A stretch of DNA of 20,000 bases, from the IMG/VR virus record IMGVR_UViG_3300011242_000004, one strand, 5' to 3'. Position numbers and translations under genes: made by a program. Positions 1 through 8,100 of the stretch are shown piece after piece. The DNA is from an uncultured virus (IMG/VR IMGVR_UViG_3300011242_000004). Taxonomy: Duplodnaviria; Heunggongvirae; Uroviricota; Caudoviricetes. The notes beneath the pieces are model-generated. The model made no database searches. It was not told the origin of the DNA and worked only from the letters and a program-made list of their open reading frames with translations. The first letter of the stretch is position 1. Each line of letters begins with the position of its first letter.

Positions 1-1043
1 TACTGGAATCTAGAATCGCCCATTTTATAGTGCCCTGTCCGTTGTTCGAACATTTCAAAGGCAATATTCCCCATGGTCGGGTTGTTGTATCCATAATCCC
101 TATTTTTTTGTTTCTGTTCCCGTTTCTCTAAACGGATTTTCTTTTCCCCTTCGTCTTTGATGTCTTCGACGTCTCCGCTTCGCTTCATTCCATGCAGGGC
201 AGATAGCACTCCGCCGACAGCGATGACACCCATACCAATCTTTCCTGCTTTCATCATCTGCTTACCTCGTTTGACGACCCGGTCTTCATGGGACAAAGGA
301 CCTTTTCCATCTGCCGTTAACGTTCGGCTGATGCGTTCCTCTTTGGTTTCAAGGTTCTTACGTTTACGGATTTCTTCGCCTTTTTCTTCTCCGTATTTCT
401 TTTTCAGTTCATCAATCTTTTTCTGGTCCCCGGAAGCGGCGGCTTCAAAGCGTTCCGATTGATTGCGGTACAACTTCTCTTTCTTTTGCGCTTCATCGAC
501 ACCATCTAAGTATTTCTTTCCTGCAAAGACGGCTCCTGTGATACCCCCAGCGTAGACAGAGGACGTAATCAATGTTGACATCACCGTATCATCATCATTA
601 TCAAGGATGCTGTGTGTGACCCCTAGCTTGAGTCCTAAAGCCGCCAGCGTTCCGACCCGGCTTTTCCCTGACATCTTACTGATACGACTTCTGACGCCCA
701 TTAAGGCTTCTTTCCCCGCATTCATTTCTGCTTTTTGCAGTCCTTTTTGCGCCCGACGGTATTGGTTCCCAGAAACAGAACCTCGTATCGTGCGTTCACC
801 TCCTTTAGGCGGTTCTGGTGGTTTTGGTGGACCTCCCGCCGGGGAACCTCCTTTTTGTTGTTTCTCAATCTCATGGGCACGATGATAGACATTATAGTTC
901 GGGAAAGCCCCTAAGAATTCATCGAGTTTAAAAGCGGCAGGAGGTTTGATTATCTTTCCGCCATTAACCTTCGGTGATTTCTTTGGTTTTTTTTCAAAAT
1001 CATTGATTATATCCGGGACAGTAGGTTTTTCGAATTCACTCAT
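1..1043 (-). CDS. Hypothetical phage protein, 347 codons in window (possible virion/internal protein); absent from the ORF track
   Basis: Manual translation from ATG at 1043 (ATGA overlap with the stop of 1040..1768) reads MSEFEKPTVPDII...GHYKMGDSRFQ with no stop to base 3. The last two bases read TA, so the stop probably straddles the window edge. Contains a Pro/Gly linker and Gly-rich hydrophobic segments. Confidence 0.85.
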   Translation of the reverse strand, partial: MSEFEKPTVPDIINDFEKKPKKSPKVNGGKIIKPPAAFKLDEFLGAFPNYNVYHRAHEIEKQQKGGSPAGGPPKPPEPPKGGERTIRGSVSGNQYRRAQKGLQKAEMNAGKEALMGVRSRISKMSGKSRVGTLAALGLKLGVTHSILDNDDDTVMSTLITSSVYAGGITGAVFAGKKYLDGVDEAQKKEKLYRNQSERFEAAASGDQKKIDELKKKYGEEKGEEIRKRKNLETKEERISRTLTADGKGPLSHEDRVVKRGKQMMKAGKIGMGVIAVGGVLSALHGMKRSGDVEDIKDEGEKKIRLEKREQKQKNRDYGYNNPTMGNIAFEMFEQRTGHYKMGDSRFQ

Positions 1044-1768
1044 TCGTTATCAGCTTCTTCAGGTAGTCCTTCTCCTAGTAATTCATCCAAGTAATCGCCG
1101 TCGATGATTTCACCCGGCGCCGCATTGATTTCTTTTAACAGACTTGCCGCATAACTCGATGGGTCCATACTAACTTGGACTTTTGCCCCACTCTTATCTT
1201 TACGAGTACTATTCATCAGCTCTAATACCTTATGACGTTTGTTCGTAATCTTCTCTTTGTATTCGGTTGCTTTTGAGAGTTGTTTGTTGGTGATTTCATC
1301 GCCATTCTCTGTGACAGTGACTACAACGTCCTCTACGAAGTCGCCATCGATTGCCATCTTGTTCTCTGCTCGCATGAGTTGAACATCATAGTCAATGAGG
1401 TCTTTAATCAGAGACATATCAACGAAATCATCGTCACTGGCTCCGAACTCTTCTTTATAGTCTTCATAACGTGTCATAATCAATGAGATTTCCAGCGGAC
1501 AGCGTTCTCCGGTCGGGTCATACCCTTGGTCTAGAATTGGACAGACGGACGCATACTGGCATTCCTCACCTTTACAGAGCATAGGGATAGAAGCATACAT
1601 ACCATGTTTCGTCTTATTCATCGCAACACCGAACTTAATCGCTTCGATGCCTTTTTCACTAATCTTCCATGAAGACGGTAACGCTTCTTTTTTGATGTTC
1701 ATATACTTCTTAGGAGCTAACAAAGAAAGCTCTTCTTTACGTTTTTGTTGTTCTTCCACGTTCAACAT
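1040..1768 (-). CDS. Conserved phage protein with Cys cluster; possible terminase small subunit
   Basis: 242 aa. AAAGAAAGG RBS directly upstream; C-x4-C-x5-C-x13-C cluster. The segment RAENKMAIDGDFVEDVVVTVTENGDEI...KVLELMNSTRKDK loosely resembles P27-type small terminases. CDS is confident; function is inference only. Confidence 0.55.
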   Translation of the reverse strand: MLNVEEQQKRKEELSLLAPKKYMNIKKEALPSSWKISEKGIEAIKFGVAMNKTKHGMYASIPMLCKGEECQYASVCPILDQGYDPTGERCPLEISLIMTRYEDYKEEFGASDDDFVDMSLIKDLIDYDVQLMRAENKMAIDGDFVEDVVVTVTENGDEITNKQLSKATEYKEKITNKRHKVLELMNSTRKDKSGAKVQVSMDPSSYAASLLKEINAAPGEIIDGDYLDELLGEGLPEEADNE

Positions 1769-2506
1769 CCTTTCTTTTTCCTGACCTTTTTAGCACGCTA
1801 CGGTCTAGGGTTACCATTCATTTATGAATCGAATTTTTACAGGATTATTTTCCTGACATTTGTGCTTATTACGGTCTGATGCGTAAGCATAGAGAAGTTC
1901 TGCCTGAAATGTAACCATTTATGCGTCAAATCTCAAGAGAAAGTGCTGAAGACGGCAAAAAGACGAAGCTCCGGGTTAGATATCTCCGGCTTCGCCTACT
2001 ACTAGGTTAATGAAGTTCTAGTACTTCTCTCTCTATAGAGGTATCTCCCTATAGACTCTTTATACTCTCTACTCCTATTAGATAAGGGATAGGAGGGCTA
2101 ACGCCCCACATACAAAGAGTATGTTCCCGCCGCCAACTGGTTTTTCTATAGGGACTCTGTACTAATCAGGTCTTTCTCTCTGTCTCTCTTACTCTCTTAA
2201 TAAGTATTACTTGAAGATGTCGGTGATTAAGATAAAACAGGTGACGCCGCCGACACTTCCCATTCCAATTAACATGATTTTAAACAAGGTGATGTCTTTG
2301 AGTCTCTCTTTCAAGGGAACTCACTCCTTTAATAAGTAAAGGACGGCTCCATGGATACAGAAGAACCCTATCCAAAGGAATACCGCCCGCCACTTCGATA
2401 TTTTCGCGGGATTTTCCTCTAAGACGTAAATAGACGTCTCTTGATAGAGATAAAATACACTACATATCAGAAATACACCATACCACTCATACATTGTCAT
2501 CGAATC

Positions 2507-2794
2507 TTAAGCACTTACAACTTTTTGTGGTTCTTTTTGGGCTTTTTCGCGGGTATACCGCATTCTCTTAAATTGAATGTAATAGATAAAGGCAGAATGC
2601 TCTTTTTTCCATCCGACAATCTCAATATCAAAGAACTCATAGTGGGTTCCCTCATAATTAAAGAATAAATCTTCTAAATCTCCGATTAACCCGCCGACAT
2701 CAATCCGGTGCATGTACAATAACACCCCATTCGAGCTATCTGGGTTCTTTTGATACCGGACATCGAACGCTTCATCTAATAATGCATTAATCAT
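2507..2794 (-). CDS. Hypothetical protein (95 aa; start revised to ATG 2794)
   Basis: ATG 2794 overlaps the TGA of the upstream gene (ATGA). The extra 47 codons in the track overlap that gene. Confidence 0.7.
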   Translation of the reverse strand: MINALLDEAFDVRYQKNPDSSNGVLLYMHRIDVGGLIGDLEDLFFNYEGTHYEFFDIEIVGWKKEHSAFIYYIQFKRMRYTREKAQKEPQKVVSA

Positions 2795-2982
2795 TTGATA
2801 CCACCCATCTCTCTTGCCCGTAGCGTGCGTTCTAAGGCGTCTGCACACGTATGACAGAGTCTTACTATCTGTTTGTCTTCTTCCATTACGTAGGTGGCAT
2901 AACGGCTTCTGAGCGCCGCGTTGCATGACGCACATTGACGTCCCTCAATCACAGAAAAATGAAGCTGAATCGAATCCTTCAT
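2791..2982 (-). CDS. Small zinc-finger protein (CxxC...CxxC)
   Basis: 63 aa with CASC and CHTC motifs; GGAGAGGAG RBS upstream. Confidence 0.75.
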   Translation of the reverse strand: MKDSIQLHFSVIEGRQCASCNAALRSRYATYVMEEDKQIVRLCHTCADALERTLRAREMGGIK

Positions 2983-3418
2983 GACTTCGGTCTCCTCTCC
3001 TATCCTGTTGTCTCAATCCTCTAGTTGTCTTGCCTTTATCCTATCATCTCCTATCAATAAATACCATATTTTACTTCCTAACTTGTGTCTTATCACTCTT
3101 ATTTTTTAATTAAATTTTATTTTGAGAATGTGTGTTTGTGTTTTAAAGGGGAGGGGTCTTTATTTCCGCCCACCCCCCTTAGAATGTGGGATTTTATCGC
3201 GCTCTTAGCGGGTGGAGGTGGAAACTGGGAGAGATGGAGGAGAAAAGATAGCAAGCCCGAACACTTTGTCATCGGCACGGAGCAAGAGTCGAGAAAAAGG
3301 TTACATATGGTGGAATTGACAAAAAATTCTCAGCGGCATGGTAAGTGTATATGGATAAAGTGGACATCTTTCGGCGCCCACCCCCATCTACGAATATTAT
3401 CAGGAGGTGTTCATTATT

Positions 3419-3991
3419 ATGAACGAATTACAAGATGCAATCTATGACTCATTACAGGGTCATAAGGAAGACATGGTAGAGCTCTTACACTTAGAGCTAC
3501 CTGTACGTCTTCAAGTCTGGTTTGGAGAGGAATCAGGCGGTTATTTAGCATTACATCCTCTTACTACACAGGGGTTATACATTGCCCCTACTGTAGATAC
3601 ACCAATCCATACAGTATGTGTACGTATGGACAGCGATATCGTACAAGTCATTGATTCATTGGCGCATGAGATGCGTCACGCATGGCAGTATGAGAACGCA
3701 TGTAATGAGGAGCTAGTACGCAATAAGCTACATGCATTCATGGTGCGTGTAGTAGCTAAGGTAGTTAAAGATATTGCTACCTTGCAGTATGCCAATGCAT
3801 GGGAAGAAGTAGATGCCCGTGTATTCGCATCATGGTACGTAGGTGGTGAGGATACACCTTGTCCTACTGTACCTATGTTAGAGGATATGCGTGTACGCTA
3901 CCCATCTCTATCTGATGGTGAGCTACGTATGATGCGGCGCCGTGCTGGTAATGATTATGCACAGCATGGGCCTAATAGCATCATTTCATGA
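3419..3991 (+). CDS. Zincin-like (HExxH) metallopeptidase-domain protein
   Basis: AGGAGGT RBS at 3402-3408 then ATG 3419; motif LAHEMRHAWQY followed by WEEVDARVFA (candidate third-ligand Glu). Confidence 0.75.
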   Translation: MNELQDAIYDSLQGHKEDMVELLHLELPVRLQVWFGEESGGYLALHPLTTQGLYIAPTVDTPIHTVCVRMDSDIVQVIDSLAHEMRHAWQYENACNEELVRNKLHAFMVRVVAKVVKDIATLQYANAWEEVDARVFASWYVGGEDTPCPTVPMLEDMRVRYPSLSDGELRMMRRRAGNDYAQHGPNSIIS

Positions 3992-4253
3992 GAACACCCA
4001 CCTATTACTATGTGGGAGCAATAGGGCACATATAGTGCATGAGCTACAGAGGGGAGTAGTTGTTGTGTCAGATTTATTTAAACAGGTAGGTGTGTATACG
4101 TATGTGTACACAGGTAGTAATAACGTTGAGCTTGAGCTAGGTATTATCGAGCTCTTTAAGCAACAGTATCCTGATATGGGATATGCACTATACGATGTAA
4201 TGGTAGATGGTGAGGAGATTATCCTTATTGTCTTCCCTACATCTGAGTATTAA
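3942..4253 (+). CDS. Hypothetical protein (start uncertain)
   Basis: About 100-aa ORF with the same compositional bias as the preceding gene; no clear RBS. Confidence 0.55.
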   Translation: MLVMIMHSMGLIASFHENTHLLLCGSNRAHIVHELQRGVVVVSDLFKQVGVYTYVYTGSNNVELELGIIELFKQQYPDMGYALYDVMVDGEEIILIVFPTSEY

Positions 4254-4260
4254 CTAGTAT

Positions 4261-4420
4261 CCCTGTATAGGTAGGCCCTCATATGGAGGGGTGCCTATAT
4301 GGGGTGCTGTATATGGGTGCCTCTATATAGGGGTGCCTATAGCAAGGCCTCTATATAAGGCCCTCTATATAAGGGGGTCTATATAGGGGGTACTATATAA
4401 GGCCCCTCTATAGAAGGGGC
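4261..4420. repeat. Tandem array of about 11 degenerate quasi-palindromic 14-bp units (approx. CCTCTATATAAGGG)
   Basis: TATA cores start at 4266, 4280 (CATA), 4296, 4310, 4324, 4338, 4352, 4366, 4380, 4394 and 4409; eight consecutive cores are exactly 14 bp apart. Confidence 0.9.
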
Positions 4421-4468
4421 ATCCAATAAGCCGGAGAAACCGGATGCGGACGAAAGGGGTAATTCCTC

Positions 4469-5080
4469 ATGACAAACTCAACTAAAACAATCCTATCTAC
4501 TACTGCTGTATTCGCAACACCTGCACAAAAACGTGCAGTCGAAGAAAAACAAATCGTAACACCGGTCGAATTTGGGCCAGCTGTAAAATTCCCTTTATAC
4601 GCATTCACAGTAGAAGGGAAAGCAACTCGTGGCGCACAAGTCTTCAATAAACACCATCACTTCTGCCACGTCGGATTAGAAGATTTCAAAGCTGTTCTTC
4701 AAAAATACCGTATCAATAATGCGGTACTTGCACGGATGTTGAATGGCGTCGGCAAAACAACGGCTCGCGAAGGATATGTTTACGTATCCTATGACCAACA
4801 AATCGGATTGCCGAATCCGTATAAAAAAGCGGCGCCGTACCGTAAGGCTTGCCAAGATTACTTGAACGGTTTGCCGCTTTCGACTGTTGTTGTTTCAAGC
4901 AATAAATTGGTGCTGGAATTGGCGTCAAGACGTGGACATCGTGTTCTGCATCGCGACGTCAATTTCGCACGTGTTCATGACATCGAACACACTTGTATCT
5001 ACCGTGGTCGCAACCACAACGCAATGCCTGCTGTTATGTCTCTCTTCTTTGGTTCTAAAGTGAATCTACTTGTTTATTGA
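4469..5080 (+). CDS. Hypothetical basic protein (203 aa) upstream of the RNA polymerase
   Basis: AAAGGGGT RBS; codon usage like the downstream polymerase gene. Confidence 0.85.
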   Translation: MTNSTKTILSTTAVFATPAQKRAVEEKQIVTPVEFGPAVKFPLYAFTVEGKATRGAQVFNKHHHFCHVGLEDFKAVLQKYRINNAVLARMLNGVGKTTAREGYVYVSYDQQIGLPNPYKKAAPYRKACQDYLNGLPLSTVVVSSNKLVLELASRRGHRVLHRDVNFARVHDIEHTCIYRGRNHNAMPAVMSLFFGSKVNLLVY

Positions 5081-5179
5081 AAAACATTTTCTAAGTTCTA
5101 AAAAACTTTCGGTCTTGGCGAGGACCTTAAACTACGACATCGTGGGCGCACTTACGCAAATTGAAAGGGGTAATTAATC

Positions 5180-7975
5180 ATGACAAACGCTAAAAACAAC
5201 AACAACGGAAAACAAAACAAAAAGGGGATGAAACCTATGAAAGCATTAACAATCACTGAACTCGTCAAACAACGTAAAACTATCGTCAAGCACCAAGGTC
5301 CAAAGAAACCATCGTTCAACTTGTCAGCAACAAAATCAGTTTTCGGATTCACACACCCGATGACTGGCGCATTAACAATCTTGAATGACAAAACGCTTCA
5401 GCACTTGTTTGTCAGCGATGACATGAACAATACAAAGTTTAATCCTGCTGTCCGTTTGTTCATGGTGACGGAAGGTTCTACAAAAGTAGAAGATTTCATG
5501 GTCAATGAGAAAACATTGGTTCAGCGTAACTCTGAATCGATGCTTGTACGGGATGCCGCTAAAGTCACAACAGAATTCGACATTATCAAGAAAGACCCGC
5601 TCAACCGTAAACAGATGTTGACGGAGAAGCTTGAGGCCTTTGACAATACACGTCAGCTCAACCTTAAGGTTGCAGATGTCGTTGTCAAACTCAAGAAGTT
5701 ATTTGAATCAAAAGAAGTCAAAGCACGTTTTGGTAATATCGATGCAAAAGACATCAATCATTTCATCAAAGAAGTACTCTTGAATGGTGTCGTGAATCTT
5801 GACTTCGTGAATGGCGATTACGATGTCAAAGTATTCACATTGAATTCAGCGGCACCATCGCAAACTCGTAAGGGTGAAGCGGCTTTCTGGCAGTATGCGG
5901 AACAACGTGGTCTTGCCAACCTCAAGGATTTAATCTTTGATGACGCAAAACGTTCAATCGCTGTTTACGGTCGTTTTGTTTCAACCTACCGTATGAACGA
6001 ATACGGTAAACTCAAATTGAAGCGCGGTAAACGCATCTTCAAGATGGACAAAGAGCCAAAACGTTTGGACATGCCCGCATCAGGTTCGCGGGATTCACAG
6101 GCTTTCAAGTTCCTGTTCGGTAAAATGGTCATCGTCGACCGTTTCCTTTACACGGATGACGAGAAAGAAGCTGGTACTAATATCAAAGTCGTTAAAGAAG
6201 CGATTGTATTAGAATCTTCTTCTTTGATGATGGGTGGCGTCAAACGTCGGGTTCTTATCATTCAAGACCCGATTCGTGAAGTTGAAGCAACGGCGAAAGT
6301 CGTTGAGAAGTACAACACGGAGTCAGGTAAGCCTGAAATCGTGGAAGGGCTTTACAAGTTCCCTAAGAACTTGGTCGATGGTGGTATCTTGGTTTCTGAG
6401 GAAGTGACAGAGTTTATGGTCGCTGAAGGAAACTTGAAGCACAAAGGGCAGTCATTCCAAGGTCGTGGTGTAGCGGGTGTTAAACCATTCGCTTATGGCA
6501 CACCAATGCTTAAAGAGATGACTGGTGTAGACATGGTCTTCATGTCAGGTGCATTAAAACTCGATGTTATCCCATCATTGCTTGATGGTCGCTTCGAGTT
6601 TGCAGTCGTTCAAGGGTCACGTCTTGAGTTTGCTGAAGACATGGCACCGGTAGCAACACAGGCTTTACTTGCGGCTGGTACACCGCAAGAGAACCTTGAA
6701 TTGCTTCACATGATTGCGGCAGGTCGTATCGATGCTTCTATGTACTCAGCGTCAAAAGCTCTCAAGATTCTTGGCATCACAGAGAACTTTGACGAGGAGA
6801 CAATGAAAGTTGTCGAACAAGATGAAGAGTTCGTCGAAGAGTTAGATGGCGAAACAGGTGTGAAAGCGATTCTTCGTAAAGCACCTCACGCTATCAAAGA
6901 TGGTCTTCTCAAAGACCGTCTTATCAACATCATGGCAAAAGCCCTTGAGAAAATCAAGTTGGGCAATGTCCTTGTTGATGACGCTAAAATGCGTCACATG
7001 GGCTTTGACATCTTTATGGTTGTCAAAGCTATCGAATCATTATTTGTTCAACGCAATAAAGGCGTTGAAGTGCCACAGATGGAATGGGTGAACTCTATCC
7101 CAGCTGGTGGTGCAGTTGTTGTTGACGCTTACGGTCGTCTTCGTGCAGGATACTTCCTTGCGATTCGTTACCCAGCATTGAAGAACGAAGAAGTACGCAA
7201 AGTACTAGCGGCTGTTGAGTTTGGTTCAGAAGAAGCACGTCTTTACTACGAACGTGCGGCACAAATGGGCTTCTTCCAAGGCCTTGTGTTGTTTAACTCT
7301 GTTGACATGACGACAGAGGCAATGAGTGGTGCCGATTTTGATGGCGACACTTGCTTGGTTATCTTCAATGCTTTAATGGTTGAACCGTTTGTAAACAAAA
7401 CACCACTTCTCGATTTCTTTATCACTGAGACTGGTGCGCTCGAAGGTGGATGCCCATGGTCTGCACCGGAGGAAGCTGTTGATTTTAAAGCTCACATCAC
7501 AGCACCTGAGGGTCTTGAATTCACGCAAGTGATGGAAAACAACTCTCGTACGTGGGCACTTGAGTTCGACGAAGAAGACGTCAAAAACCGTCCAGCAGAC
7601 GTTTACTATGTCTTCAACCGTGCAGGAGCATTGCACATCGCTGAGACAGCGAAGATTTCTTCAATCGGAACATGGACAAACCGTCTTATGAACGTTGAAG
7701 ATATCCAACTCGAAATCATCGGTGAAATCGGACTTGCACGTCAGCTTCAAGACCGTGCGAAATTCGTTTCTCTTTCGAACGAGTTGGCGTTCTACGATGA
7801 TTTAGCAATGTGGTTAACATGTATCGTTCGTTGGGCAATCGACGAAGCGAAACATGGTGGAGCGTTCAACGGACCACTTGCTCATATCGTCAACATCTTC
7901 GAAGATGCAACATCTCCAACGAAGATGCGTGAAGACCTTGAGAAACATGTCTTCAAAATGGGTCGTATGTTCTAA
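5180..7975 (+). CDS. YonO-like / eukaryotic-RdRP-related two-barrel RNA polymerase, catalytic polypeptide (931 aa)
   Basis: Motifs in the order expected for the cellular RdRP/YonO family: DGGILVS (aa ~400), QGRGVAGVKP (~427), RYP (~663), catalytic SGADFDGD (DFDGD at nt 7334-7348, aa ~719), AIDEAKHG (~886). AAAGGGGT RBS. Confidence 0.88.
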   Translation: MTNAKNNNNGKQNKKGMKPMKALTITELVKQRKTIVKHQGPKKPSFNLSATKSVFGFTHPMTGALTILNDKTLQHLFVSDDMNNTKFNPAVRLFMVTEGSTKVEDFMVNEKTLVQRNSESMLVRDAAKVTTEFDIIKKDPLNRKQMLTEKLEAFDNTRQLNLKVADVVVKLKKLFESKEVKARFGNIDAKDINHFIKEVLLNGVVNLDFVNGDYDVKVFTLNSAAPSQTRKGEAAFWQYAEQRGLANLKDLIFDDAKRSIAVYGRFVSTYRMNEYGKLKLKRGKRIFKMDKEPKRLDMPASGSRDSQAFKFLFGKMVIVDRFLYTDDEKEAGTNIKVVKEAIVLESSSLMMGGVKRRVLIIQDPIREVEATAKVVEKYNTESGKPEIVEGLYKFPKNLVDGGILVSEEVTEFMVAEGNLKHKGQSFQGRGVAGVKPFAYGTPMLKEMTGVDMVFMSGALKLDVIPSLLDGRFEFAVVQGSRLEFAEDMAPVATQALLAAGTPQENLELLHMIAAGRIDASMYSASKALKILGITENFDEETMKVVEQDEEFVEELDGETGVKAILRKAPHAIKDGLLKDRLINIMAKALEKIKLGNVLVDDAKMRHMGFDIFMVVKAIESLFVQRNKGVEVPQMEWVNSIPAGGAVVVDAYGRLRAGYFLAIRYPALKNEEVRKVLAAVEFGSEEARLYYERAAQMGFFQGLVLFNSVDMTTEAMSGADFDGDTCLVIFNALMVEPFVNKTPLLDFFITETGALEGGCPWSAPEEAVDFKAHITAPEGLEFTQVMENNSRTWALEFDEEDVKNRPADVYYVFNRAGALHIAETAKISSIGTWTNRLMNVEDIQLEIIGEIGLARQLQDRAKFVSLSNELAFYDDLAMWLTCIVRWAIDEAKHGGAFNGPLAHIVNIFEDATSPTKMREDLEKHVFKMGRMF

Positions 7976-8000
7976 GAATTAAATCGTAACAGCGAATGTT

Positions 8001-8025
8001 GAGGGGTGAGATGCCCTCTTTTTTT
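8001..8025 (+). terminator. Putative intrinsic terminator
   Basis: GAGGG-N8-CCCTC hairpin followed by T7. Confidence 0.6.
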
Positions 8026-8100
8026 ATGGATTGTTTTACTGCCAATAGGACGGAAAATACCGTATGAGGCCCTGCACATGCAGGAGAATAGGGGAAAATC

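Noticed and set aside
157..885. Plus-strand ORFs 157..462 and 607..885
   Set aside because: Antisense shadows of the long minus-strand gene 1..1043.
3316..3347. Sigma-A promoter from TTGACA at 3316
   Set aside because: No acceptable -10 box at 16-18 bp spacing; the best candidate is weak and 20 bp away.
3085..3447. 120-aa ORF in the strand-switch region
   Set aside because: No RBS, low-complexity T-rich start, overlaps the RBS-supported gene at 3419.
4261..4420. Repeat array as CRISPR
   Set aside because: Units are contiguous 14-mers with no spacers.
5111..5140. Riboswitch-like hairpin GGTCTTGGCGAGGACCTTAAAC upstream of the polymerase
   Set aside because: Short stem, and the 3' tail pairs only partly with the loop; no recognisable aptamer consensus.
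5180..7975. Cellular rpoC (beta-prime)
   Set aside because: The motif is SGADFDGD rather than NADFDGD, the protein is too short, and the flanking motifs follow the RdRP/YonO order.
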